Translations under genes and position numbers: made by a program
Notes under the pieces: generated by a model
The model's database searches: none
Told to the model about the DNA's origin: nothing
Seen by the model: the letters and a program-made list of their open reading frames with translations, nothing else
Assembly (NCBI RefSeq): GCF_006345805.1
Contig: NC_043001.1
Location: forward strand, 127,224,001 to 127,288,000
Direction: 5' to 3'
DNA length: 64,000 nt
From: Octopus sinensis
Lineage: Eukaryota
Shown here: positions 39,690 to 52,375 of the stretch, piece by piece
How the letters are laid out: each line of letters starts with the position of its first letter
How positions within the stretch are numbered: the stretch's first letter is position 1

Positions 39690-40221
39690 AGTGAGAGAGC
39701 AGTTTCATGCCATCAAAGTGACACTGGGGAAAATATACGAAGCCCATCATTACTACCCGTCTGATAAGGGTACACCAGGCACATGCATCACAACCATATG
39801 TGCGCGAACATGGTGATCTCATATCAAGATAAACAGCAAATGACCTTGCAGGTGGGGCCCAGTTAGAATTTTCTTCAGTTGAGTAGCCCATCCCGCTCAA
39901 AAGGTCCCTGAATAAGGTTTGTTTAAGGATGTTGAAAGAACCACCCATTTTTCCAAGTGAATTATTCAACCCCAAAGAATCCCTCTCAACACATGGCTAT
40001 GATGCTTCCCCACTACTTCTGCTCGTGATCAGAGATGCACATATCGTCAGCTACTAAGGGACATGCCAACTGGTTACGGTCAAACAACTGACAAGCAAAT
40101 CTGTGGTATTGAGCAGAATATTTGCTGTAGCCCATCTTTTATACCAAGACAAACAATGTACATGATACACTAACACTTCCAATCAGTTAAGATCAGAAGC
40201 CATGAGAGCCACTGCCTGGTA

Positions 40222-40222
<1 letters not shown>
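39690..40222. mobile_element. ~530-bp non-coding cassette inserted in (ATT)n, class unassigned
   Basis: Complex sequence bounded sharply by (ATT)n on both sides. Absent from the corresponding position in block A. Confidence 0.55.
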
Positions 40223-40296
<74 letters not shown>

Positions 40297-40307
40297 TACT
40301 ACTACTT

Positions 40308-40352
<45 letters not shown>

Positions 40353-40662
40353 GTATTAGTTTTTAATTTATAACGTACTTTCACTTCACTACCGAGCGCA
40401 GCTCTGTGTGCCTTGGGTATGTGCTGTAGTTTGGTTTGATGCTCTTATGGTTACTGTATTGAAAGTGTTTTGGGTAGGATGTGTTTCAGAGAAACGTTGT
40501 CATCTGCTGGTATTGATACATCAATTAGAAAACATTTTTTTCTTCATGATCTCTGACAACTATATCGGGCCTATTGCCCTTAATTTCTCTATCTGCGTGT
40601 ATTCCCATATCCCAGAATATGGTTGCTTTCTCGTTTTCTGTGAGCTTTTATTATTATTATTA

Positions 40663-40734
<72 letters not shown>

Positions 40735-41028
40735 TTATTATTTTTTAATTTATAACGTACTTTCACTTCACTACCGAGCGCAGCTCTGTGTGCCTTGGGT
40801 ATGTGCTGTAGTTTGATTTGATGCTCTTATGGTTACTATATTGAAAGTGTTTTGGGTAGGATGTGTTTTAGAGAAACGTTGTCATCTGCTGGTATTGATA
40901 CATCAATTAGAAAGCATTCTTTTTCTTCATGATCTCTGACAACCATATCGGGCCTATTGGCCTTAATTTCTCTATCTGCGTGTATTCGCATATCCCAGAG
41001 TATGGTTGCTTTCTCGTTTTCTGTGACC

Positions 41029-41091
<63 letters not shown>

Positions 41092-41929
41092 CATCATCAT
41101 CATTATTATTATTATTATTCATCTTTTTTTCTCTTTTATTTTTGATACCCCTGTTTAATCACCAATCACAAGGTTTCATTGTTAAAATAATGCAGACAAG
41201 ACACCAAAAAGACTCGCCATTATTTTGTATTGTTGACGCTGAACTTGAATATTAATTGAGAAATTAGTCTGTAACATATTTGTGTTGTTTTCTTTCTGCT
41301 TCTTCTTTTGTATGTTTTTTTTTATCTTTTGTATGTGTGATTTGTAAATTGTAGGGTTGTAGACGTTGTAAGGTTGTGGTGGAAGGAAGTAAGAGAGTAA
41401 TTAAAAGACAATAAATACGTAAATCCTAGAAGAATAAAAGGAAGCAAACGAGAAGCATATGAAAGGAGAGAGAAAAAGGGTTGGTAGATAAATAGAGAAA
41501 GAGAGAGAGAGAGAAAGAGAAAGGAATGAGAGAAAGGAGGCACAGATAAAAAGGCACACAGACAGACAGACAAAAAGGCTTGATAGATGCAAAGATGTGT
41601 GTATGTGTGTGTATGTAGATACATACATGCATGCATGCATACATACATACATACATGCATACATGCATGCATGCATACATACATACATAAATACATACAT
41701 ACATATATACATACATACATGCATACATATATACATACATACATATATACATACATAATACATATATACATACATACTTACATACATACATAAATACACA
41801 TTTACATGCATGCATACATACATACATACATACATACATACATACATACATACATACATAAATACATATATACATACATACATACATACATAAATACATA
41901 CATACATACATGCATGCATACATACATAC

Positions 41930-43000
41930 TCGAAGCGACAAGTCGCGTATTTGGCATAGGAATCTATCGAAAATACGATGAATACTATCTCCAACTTTGA
42001 GGCCACAACTAACAGCCCTGTTAAATAACTGGCTAATCTTCAGCTGAATTAACTGAGGCAGCCTTTTATTCACGGTCGGAGTGACTTTCGACTGAAACTT
42101 GAATTTAGCATGCAGAGAGTTACTACCAAGAACATGGCTGATCGCATCAACAACGAAATCGAGGAACAGAAGGAAAACAACAGCTCAACAGGTAAACAAA
42201 CTCATTTCTCTTGGAGTTGTGAATTGAATAATGATCTATTTAACTGCTACGAAAAAAGCGGAACAAAACCCCGCTGATGGCTATGGATGGAAGCACTCCG
42301 TCGGTTACGACGACGGGGTTCCGGTTGATCCGATCAACGGAACAACCTGCTCGTGAAATTAACGTGTAAGTGGCTGGCTGACACTCCACAACACGTGTAC
42401 CCTTAACGTAATTCTCGGGGATATACAGCGTGACACAGAGAGTGACAAGGCGGCCCTTTGAAATACAGGTACACAGAAACAGAAGTAAGAGTGGAGAAAA
42501 AGTTGTGGTGAAAGAGTACAGCAGGGATCACCACCAGCCCCTGCAGGAGCCTCGAGGAGCTTAATAAACACTCACAACGCCCGGTCTGGGAATCGAAACC
42601 GCGATCCTACGACCGCGAGTTCGCTGCCCTAACCACTGGGCCATTGCGCCTCCTCGCTGATGGCTATATGAATTGATTGAAATCATATTGGGACAATCTC
42701 CATCCAGAATTAAATCATTTTACTGTGAAGCAACGACGCCAACAAGCACCATTTGTAGAACAGAAAAAAAAAGCAGCTGTAACTTTACTTAAAAAACCGA
42801 AAATTAACCTTTTTTTCCCAACTCTATAAACAAAAATGAAAACGTGAATGATATAAGGCCACCACGTGTTTCGCAGCTAGCGACATGCCCACAGATTCCA
42901 TTGTGCGTGCCAACCAAACTACATTACTAAGCTGAAGTAACTGACCACTGTCTCCCTAGTACGACTATGGTAAATAGCAGGCACAACCGCAACGATTATT

Positions 43001-43052
<52 letters not shown>

Positions 43053-43071
43053 CAGCAGCAGCAAAAGCAGC

Positions 43072-43109
<38 letters not shown>

Positions 43110-45270
43110 GGATTATATACCGGTGAAATGTGCCCTTAGTGAAATTTTCCGAGAAAAAAAATTACTCTGGCTTTGAAGGATTCTCCCGAGGAGAGAGAAT
43201 TCTGTACCAAAGTAAGTAAAAGAAACACCAAATACGGTATTAAAAGCTGTTAACGAAATTGGTGATGAGTATTTACAACAGTGTGATGGACTCACATACT
43301 AGCAGATTAATGCGTATCTACATGCTCTGGCTACTGCTGTAAAACAGTACAAGAATGATATTCAAAAAGTAAACAAAACCGAAATAACAAAGAAAGTACC
43401 ATCCTGGGTTTTGAATTCAGAGAAAAAGACAACTGGTTTACGGAAGACCAACAGTCTTGTAATGAGGCTTATTGCATGCAAACAAGCAAATCACTATGCG
43501 TCTCACCAACACAAAGCAAAGGAGATAGAAATGATGTTTGGAGACAGCAAAAAAGGGGACACTCACTTGCAAACTGATTACCCTCAAGCAGGAGCTAAAA
43601 GCTGTCAGTGAAAAACTCCGACATCAGAAGAGAATAACCGAGAGAAGAACAATAAACAAAAAAAATTAACCGAAACCAGGCAGCAGTATACAGAACCATG
43701 AGAAGAGGAGCAGTAAATATCGCGGAAGCTCCTTCACGAGATGACATAGACTCCTTCAAGGGGAAAATCTGGAGTGAAGTAATTTAACCAAGATGCTCTG
43801 TGGCAGGAAGAAATCCGAATAAGTTATTGTTCTTGCGTTACATCTAAGACATACAACATTGATGGTGAAACTCTTGCAACTGTGATCCAGAAACTTCAGG
43901 ATGGAAAAGCACCTGGAAGAGACTTGATTGTTGGATATTGGTACAAGAAGCTAGCATTCTACCGACCATATCTTATCAATTTGTACCAGCAAGCTTTCAT
44001 TGAGAACAGTGGCATGCTACATTGGTTAACTCTAGCAGAAACAAAATTGATCCCCAAATGCAGAACCACCTACATGGCAAAAGACTACCGGTCAATTGCA
44101 TACCAGAACTTAATGTATAAGATATATACAGCATGTTTAAACCTCTTCCACCAGGACGATTGTGAAACCAATAATATTATCACCGCAGAAAAAGCAGATG
44201 GGAAGAAGGTAGTCTGGGGATGTGCTGAGCAATTGCTAATCAACAAAACTGTTATGTGAGAGGTGCGAGAGCATAGGAGGAACCTAGTTTCAATGTGGCT
44301 AGATTGCAAGAAGGCCTTTGACTATGTTCCCCACTCATGGATGCAGGAAGCCCTTCAACTTGCTATGGTTCCAGTGAGAATAATCAAAGCCATACTTGAC
44401 CTGACTTCATCGTGGGCCACCATCTTGAAATTAAACACAAAGAGTGACTTTATTATCACCGATAGAATACAATATCGCAAAGGCATATTCCAAGAAGACA
44501 GCCTCTCTGTGATGTTGTTTATACTTTCTGTAAACTCCTTGTCATTCATGTTAAGGAAGTCTGAAGGATATCTCACTGGTTCACAAGAAAACAGAAATAC
44601 TAAAATTACGCACTGTTTCTTTGTGGATGACTTAAAACTTTATGCAAAGAGTACGCATGAGCTAACAAAAGAGTCTTGACCTAGTTACAATATTCTCAAA
44701 GGATGCAGGGTTGGAGTTTGGTCAGGATAAATGTTGTTATATGGTTGGGAAAAGGGAGAAAACTATAAACCGGACTAGTAACATCAATGATTTGACAGTT
44801 TCCCCTGTACCTGACGAGAAATGTTACAGGTATATAAGGATGGATGAAAATATATCTTACAATGTCACTAAAGAATATTACAGCCGAATAAGGAAAATTT
44901 GGACCTCAGAACTCTCTACATTCAATAAAACTGTGGCCCACAATGCGTTTGCAGTGCCAGTACTCATACCAACATTTGGGCTGCTTGACTGGACACTTGA
45001 GATCCTAGCCATTGATGTGAAAACCCGAAAAATACTAATAAGCACACATAATTTCCACATAAACTGTGACGTAGACCGCCTCCACCTAAAACGTAAACAA
45101 GGTGGCAGAGGCTTAATATCGATTCAAAATGCTTTTGAGCGTCGCTTCATATCCCTTCGGCAACATCTTTTAACCAACAAGTGTCGAAGTGCATCCTTTG
45201 ACCAAGTTTGTATACATGAGGCTGATAACACCATAAGACTTGGAAGGCAGCTCCTTGAGCAACACTCTTT
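41930..45270 (+). mobile_element. R4/Dong-like element, (CATA)n-flanked family, 5' end retained and 3' truncated
   Basis: Starts directly after (CATA)n. ATG ~42144 opens an R4-like N-terminus. RT ORFs are 43882-44259, 44263-44679 (FVDDLKLY) and 44711-45379. Closely similar by eye to 2825-4405. Confidence 0.88.
42285..42653 (-). mobile_element. SINE head 1 + tail X inserted in the R4/Dong element
   Basis: 13-bp TSD CGCTGATGGCTAT (42272-42284 and 42655-42667). Confidence 0.92.
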
Positions 45271-45715
45271 TCATTTGACACCGCTAGAAAAAATCCCATT
45301 TTCCGTAGCGGTGCCGTATGAAATTGTCACCCATACTTATAACCCTAGTATCGATCTATTGCATTTCAATCTATTTTAGATTTAGGGTTAGAGTTAGGGT
45401 TAGTTAGGGTTAGGGTTAGGGTTAGGGGTTGTGGAAGGATATCTTTTTTTCTTCAAAAATGTAAATAAACCCAATCTGTTTCTTAAAGGAGGGACATATT
45501 CATTATGCACAGAATGTTATTTACCTAAATGGAGGTCAGCGATTGATTAAAATTGCCGAAATGCTCGAAATTAAGACGAAATTCTTACAACATATAGAAT
45601 TTCTCAATAAGCCAAGAAAAAATGATGTTTTATAAACCATTCTACCAGTATCGAAGTTTAAAAGGTTTTAGTTAACTAGAAATTGTGTTGAAAAGTGCCG
45701 TTCAAAAGATCCAGA
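45270..45715. mobile_element. Non-autonomous DNA element with internal (TTAGGG)n (HINE/Helentron-like, tentative)
   Basis: CACCGCTA/TAGCGGTG subterminal inverted repeat and (TTAGGG)n at 45381-45428. The right part resembles 33300-33510. Confidence 0.45.
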
Positions 45716-46797
45716 ATGTTCCACCAAAACTTCTTATGTTAGCATGAGTGTTAGATTGTCGAAACTGTAAGATTAGACCCACAGCTATCGCTAGGTTTTT
45801 GTTGTTTTTTCAACCCGGATCTTTGCGTTCTGTGTTCAAATTCTACCACTATCAATTTTTAAGGTATATTTTTTAATCCCTAACATGTCAAAAAAGAATT
45901 CAATGCATTCAATATTAGAGATGTATTTTATCATTTTCTAGACCAATCCTTCTTATGGATAGTTTTGTATATTGTTTTAGTGAAAACATTACATCGTATC
46001 AAAAGATAGGACGTTAAAGACATATCGTCCACTAATATGTAATATAAGTACCTTCTGTTGCTTCTTAAAGTTTTAAGCGTTTAACTCTATTTTTTGTTCT
46101 ACTGATTTTCAATAGTTATCTGTTGTTCTTGGATTGCAAAATCATAACTTTTGAAATGTGATGTGCTGCAACGGTCATCGGTACAAGAAATATCAATTTG
46201 ACATTGGCCTCATTTTCAAGTTTCCAGGATAGATGTGCAATCACAACCATTTGTTGATGTGCAGAATATTTCTCTACTAGGCTTTTCTAAGATAATTTTG
46301 TCCAGAGGTCCTAAAGAAACATAATCAGGAACGAAGAACTTTTTGAGTTTACATCCGTCTGTAATATTTTGCTCTTATATTTGAAGACTTAATTTTTGTA
46401 TTTGTTCCTTGCTAGTATTGCTGTAGCAATCCTCATGCTTACTTTGATAATGTCATTATCACTTGCGCTACAGGTATCTTGATGATGTTGTTTAAGAGCA
46501 GGAGTTCTCAACCGCTTTAGAGTCACCGCTTACTGTCACGTGGAAAACTTTTCTACCACCCGCCTGTCAATATCCAAAAAAGACTCAAAAAATTGTTAAC
46601 TTAAAATTACCAGTTTTTCCGTTACAAAATTCTTTATTGGAATTAATCTAAAGTAGTAACGTCAGATGTTTGGTACACACAATGTTACCAATGTCAAAAA
46701 TTATCACATATTCTAGTGTTCTGAATTTAACATCAGTTTTAGACATTCAGTGCTTGATGGTTGTAAAGGTTCTGTTTTTACAGTGAAAATTTTCAAC

Positions 46798-46959
46798 GTG
46801 GCTGTGTGGTAAGTAGCTTGCCTACCAACCACATGGTTCTGGGTTCAGTCCCACTGTGTGGCACCTTGGGCAAGTGTCTTCTACTATAGCCTCGGGCCGA
46901 CCAAAGCCTTGTGAGTGGATTTGGTAGATGGAAACTGAAAGAAGCCCATCGTATATATG

Positions 46960-47000
<41 letters not shown>

Positions 47001-47235
47001 CTGTGTGCGTGTATGTTTGTGTGTCTGTGTCTGTCCCCCTAGCATTGCTTGACAACCGATGCTGGTGTGTTTATGTACCCGTCACTTAGCGGTTCGGCAA
47101 AAAGAGGCCGATAGAATAAGTACTGGGCTTACAAAGAATAAGTCCCGGGGTCGAGTTGCTCGACTAAAGGCGGTGCTCCAGCATAGCCGCAGTCAAATGA
47201 CTGAAAAAGTAAAAGAGTAAAAGAGTAAAAGAGTA
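46798..47235 (+). mobile_element. SINE family C, full length
   Basis: Complete head, microsatellite core and (AAAAGAGT)n tail. Confidence 0.9.
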
Positions 47236-47417
47236 TAAGGAAATGTTAATCACAAAAGATAAGTCTAGTTTGGAATCATTGAATCTATTTTTCATGAGCA
47301 CAAAGTCCCACTAACAAACATTGTTGACTGCCATGATGGGTATGAACTGAAATTTCGAATCCTGTTTAGCAGCTAAACTGCATGACATTTACTGCAACCA
47401 CTATTACTACTACTACT

Positions 47418-47862
47418 GGAAAGACTTCCCCCACCCCATTTCTCCCTTTTTTTTTGCCAAAAGCCCCCGTCTTCGGATACGGATATTACGGAAAATTGCC
47501 AAAAATCGGCATTTTGAAAATTCGCCCCCACCTCCGTTCCTCCCCAATTTCTTCATTTTCCCCTTTTTCCGTAACCTTAACCCTAACCCTAACCCTAGAA
47601 CACTAACCCTAACCGTAACCGTAACCGTAACTACAAAATTCTTGGAATTTTTTTTCAAAATCATAATCTCCGTATTTTTTCCGAATATTTTGAGAAAAAA
47701 ATTCTGAAAAAAATTAAAAATGAAGAAATAAGGGGGTTTTTGCCGTTTTTGCCAATTTTTTTTGCAGATTCGTATTCTGCGTAGCCGAAAACGGGAGTTT
47801 GTGTAGAAAAAAAAAGTAAGATAAGGGGGGTGTTTGGTGGGGATACAAAAGGAAGTCTTGCC
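47418..47862. mobile_element. MITE with 12-bp TIRs inserted in (ACT)n
   Basis: GGAAAGACTTCC / GGAAGTCTTGCC (11/12 match) with apparent 3-bp TSD ACT. Internal (CCCTAA)/(CCGTAA) repeats. Confidence 0.7.
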
Positions 47863-47881
47863 ACTACTACTACTACTAATT

Positions 47882-48205
47882 TAAAGACTCCGCCGGTTAC
47901 GACGACGAGGGTCCCAGCTGATACGATCAACGGAACAGCTTGCTCGTGAAATTAACGTGCAAATGGCTGAGCATTCCACAGACACGTGTACCCTTAACGT
48001 AGTTCTCGGGGATAATCAGCGTGACACAGAGAGTGACAAGGCTGACCCTTTGAAATACAAGTACAACTCATTTTTGCCAGCTGAGTGGACTGGAGCAACG
48101 TGAAATAAAGTGTCTTGCTCAAGGACACAACGCGTCGCCGGGAATCGAACTCACAACCTTACGATCATGAGCCGAATGCCCTAACCACTAAGCCACGCGC
48201 CCTCT
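47882..48205 (-). mobile_element. SINE head 2 + tail X (chimeric)
   Basis: 15-bp TSD CTACTACTACTAATT (47867-47881 and 48206-48220). The head matches 13230-13448 and the tail matches the 4916 family. Confidence 0.9.
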
Positions 48206-48221
48206 CTACTACTACTAATTA

Positions 48222-48382
48222 CAGACAAGTTCACCGCCGTCAATTCACCGCAAGAGAGTTCACCGCCATCAATTCACCGTGAGGAATGTTCACCGCGAAG
48301 AAAGTTTACCAAGAAAATATATCCATAGTATCTCACCATTGATAATTTAAAACTATTGAATTGATGGCGGTGAACTTACCAG
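48222..48382. mobile_element. Small foldback MITE
   Basis: 21-bp inverted repeats at 48227-48247 and 48357-48377 (1 mismatch), with reiterated TTCACCG motifs. Confidence 0.65.
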
Positions 48383-48422
48383 ACTACTACTATCACCAGT
48401 ACAACGGCTAGAACAAACCTGT

Positions 48423-48648
48423 AATGGTTTCAAATATTGGTAGAAGGCCACCGGTTTTTGAGGGGAGGGAGAAAACAATTACATAGACCTCCCCCCCAGT
48501 ACTTGACTAGGATTTATTTTATCGACCACGAGCAAGAAAGGCAAAGTCGACCTCGACAGAATTTGAGCTCAGAACGTAGAGACGGAGGAAATGCCCCGCT
48601 ATGTATTCTATATCCATGGTGCAAGCGGTCCTACCAGCTTCCCGCCCT
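48423..48648 (-). mobile_element. SINE family B, diverged
   Basis: Core and tail similarity to other family B copies. Confidence 0.7.
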
Positions 48649-48747
48649 GAACAAACCTATAATTAACCGCGTTAAAGCTAGTCTTGAGGCAATAGATGCC
48701 AGACGGCATTCATCTCAAGGCAAGTAAATAAATGAATATATATATAT

Positions 48748-48800
<53 letters not shown>

Positions 48801-49094
48801 ATGTATGTATATATATATATATATATATGCATACATGCACATACACATAACAATACCAATGTTTATATGTATGTTATATGTTTGTACCGGTTTGCCTGTT
48901 TGTCAATAAAAGGAACACAATGAAACCCAGAAGACCACGTGTTCATTTATGTCTAATACATTGTGTATTGATAGATTTATGTATTTATTTTTTCAATATT
49001 CTGTTTTCATTACCCAAATGCCTGAGGACGGATACGATTCTAATAAACAACGCTTGTATATAATTAATAAAGTGACACGACTCACGGCATACCG

Positions 49095-49179
<85 letters not shown>

Positions 49180-49446
49180 ATACACGTGTGTGTGTGTATG
49201 TGTATGCATGTGTGTGGGCAGAGTATAAGAATATGCATGCATACATACCGCGCACGCACACACAAACATGTTCTATTTCTCGACCGCCTTCGGCGAAGCT
49301 TCGCCGTCAGTCATTCTGTTTGCATAATGTGTGTGTGTGTGTGTATTTATGTATGTTTGTATGTATGTAAATGTATTTGTATGACTATATATTTGTGTAT
49401 GCATATGTGTGAGTGTGCACGCGCGTGTGTATTTAGGGAGAGATAC

Positions 49447-50026
<580 letters not shown>

Positions 50027-50311
50027 TCTTTCTTCATAGAATACAATGACTAGTAACAAAAATATCCACCTTGAAATTGACTATAAACTGACAATGAGTG
50101 ACGATTCTGCTTTTATAAGATTTGCCTGCAAAAGACTGTATACAGACACACAAACAGACACATGCACACACAACACACATACACATATACATACACACAT
50201 GCACAAACACACGCATACATACAAATACACGCACACACAGACAAGCAAACAAACACCTATAAAGACGTACACGTATATAAGTGAATACGCAACAGTTACA
50301 TTTATAATATA

Positions 50312-50701
50312 CTAGCAGTATCGCCTGGCGTTGCTCGGGTTTGTTTCGACCCTTTAAAATTTAAATTTTTGAAAAGTAAAACCTTTGCATTGTGTAGCTT
50401 GTTATTCTCTTTAAGTGAACATTTTTCTGGTTGAAATACACCGAAGAATGGCGACACAGCAGTGAAAAAATCGTAAAAAATAGGGATTTTCTTAGAAAAA
50501 AAAACACCTTTTTGATGTAAATAATTTTTGGTGTTAACATGGTCCGATTTGAATTTTATCTGCAACGGAATGAAGAGCAAGTCTTCTATCTTACGCTCAA
50601 CTTTGGTCGACTTGCGCCGAAGGGTCTCGGAGGAGATAGTGTTAGATGAAGGCTACCAAACCTGCCATACACAGACAACTTCAGCTTTATATAGAGAGAG
50701 A
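50312..50701 (-). mobile_element. Non-autonomous Helitron
   Basis: A|TC 5' end, 3' hairpin plus CTAG|T. The terminal ~33 bp nearly match the 6190 element. Confidence 0.85.
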
Positions 50702-50759
50702 TTTACGTAAACGGGTAAGTCACTAGATAACTAAAAGGATGCAAGAGGACAAAAGATCA

Positions 50760-51820
50760 ACTTCTGATAGTATGGAACTGAACGATTGTAAGAAAAGATA
50801 TACAAATTTGGGTATGGCGTGGATGGACTGCAAGAACGCTTATGACATGGTCCCCCATTCTTGGATTTTAGAAAATCTTGAGTTGGTGCAGGTGTTATAA
50901 GATTTGAAATTTTATCTGGAGATCGAACTTGAATACAGAGTCAGCATCATGTTGAGAATTTTTGAAGGTTGACAACTGGAGAGGCATGTATCAGAGAGAT
51001 ATCGAGATATTGTGATGTTGTTTGTGATTCGAATGATACCCATCATACAGATATTCGAAAATTGATTTCAGGGTACTCCTTGGAAAGTGAAGAAAAAATT
51101 GAATCACCTGTTGTATATGGCCGGCTTAAAGATATTGGTACGAGTGAGCATGGAATAAATGATTTGGTTTCAACAGTGCAGATATTCAGTGAGGACATCA
51201 GGAATGAATAAGTGTCCCGTGCTTATCATAAAAAGGAAAGTAATATCATCTGATGATGTAGAACTACCCAGAGGCGAGAGAATTAAGGATGTTGAAGTGG
51301 GTAGATACAAGTATTTGGGTATTTTTGGAGTGCGACAAAATCAAGGAGAGTGAGACCAAGGAAAATTTTAGGCGAGAATACCCCAAGAGAACCAAGTTAA
51401 TTATCAAGAGCAGACTCAGCGAGAAAAAGAAAAGATCAAGAGACACAGGCTGTCTCTTTAATGCAATATGGCGCAGGTGATGTTAGGTGGACAAAAAACG
51501 AAGTTGAGGAAATTAATAGAAAAAGCCATAAAAGGGAAGACAGTGGACTAAAGGCGATGTCGACAGTTTTTATGTGTTTAGAAACTAGAGAGAAAGAGCG
51601 CTCATAAGGATGCAAGATTTGTCTTGTCAAAGAGTAAAATAGTCTAAAATGGTACGTGAAACAGCAGATTGAACCTTTTGTTGTTACTGTTGTAAATAGC
51701 AATACGATACCCCGTGAAAATGTGACACGCCCCTAAAAAATTAAGAAGCAGGATGGAGAACAAAGATTGAGCAACTGGATAGTGAACGCGATGCATGGGC
51801 AATAACACAGAAATGGAAGG
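50760..51820 (+). mobile_element. Old R4/Dong-like RT fragment
   Basis: MAWMDCKNAYDMVPHSWILENL, KYLGI and MHGQ motifs, with many frameshifts. Confidence 0.7.
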
Positions 51821-51844
51821 GAAAGATAAGATTAACTCTTGTTA

Positions 51845-52240
51845 ATACCTATTTCTTTACTACCCACAAGGGGCTAAACACAGAGAGAACAAACAAGGAC
51901 AGACAAACGGATTAAGTCGATTATATCGACCCCAGTGCATAACTGGTACTTATTTGATCGACCACGAAAGGATGAAAGGCAAAGTCGACCTCGGCGGAAT
52001 TTGAACTCAGAACGTTGCGGCAGACGAAATACCTATTTCTTTACTACCCACAAGGGGCTAAACACAGAGAGAACAAACAAGGACAGACAAACGGATTAAG
52101 TTGATTATATCGACCCAGTGCGTAACTGGTACTTATTTAATCGACCCCGAAAGGATGAAAGGCAAAGTCGACCTCAGCGGAAGACGAAATACCGCTAAGC
52201 ATTTCGCCCGGCGTGCTAACGATTCTGCCAGCTCGCCGCC
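51845..52240 (-). mobile_element. SINE family B head-to-tail dimer (184-bp period)
   Basis: The unit starting at 51845 repeats at 52029. The junction uses a shared GGTAT. Confidence 0.85.
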
Positions 52241-52286
52241 TAATAATAATAATAATAATCATCAGCATTATTATTATTATTATTAA

Positions 52287-52371
<85 letters not shown>

Positions 52372-52375
<4 letters not shown>

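Larger units (their letters stand above)
38525..46649 (+). repeat. Duplicated block B, homologous to 25307-34571
   Basis: See block A. Begins exactly at the gap edge. Confidence 0.9.

Noticed and set aside
41930-42140. HDV-like ribozyme in the R4/Dong 5' UTR
   Set aside because: It is expected for the clade, but I could not build the nested pseudoknot by eye. An RNArobo/Infernal search would settle it.
45381-45428. True telomere or chromosome fusion site
   Set aside because: There are only about 8 imperfect units, embedded in a dispersed element.
49017-49095. Hammerhead at CTGAGGA 49022
   Set aside because: No downstream GAAA or stem III is present.
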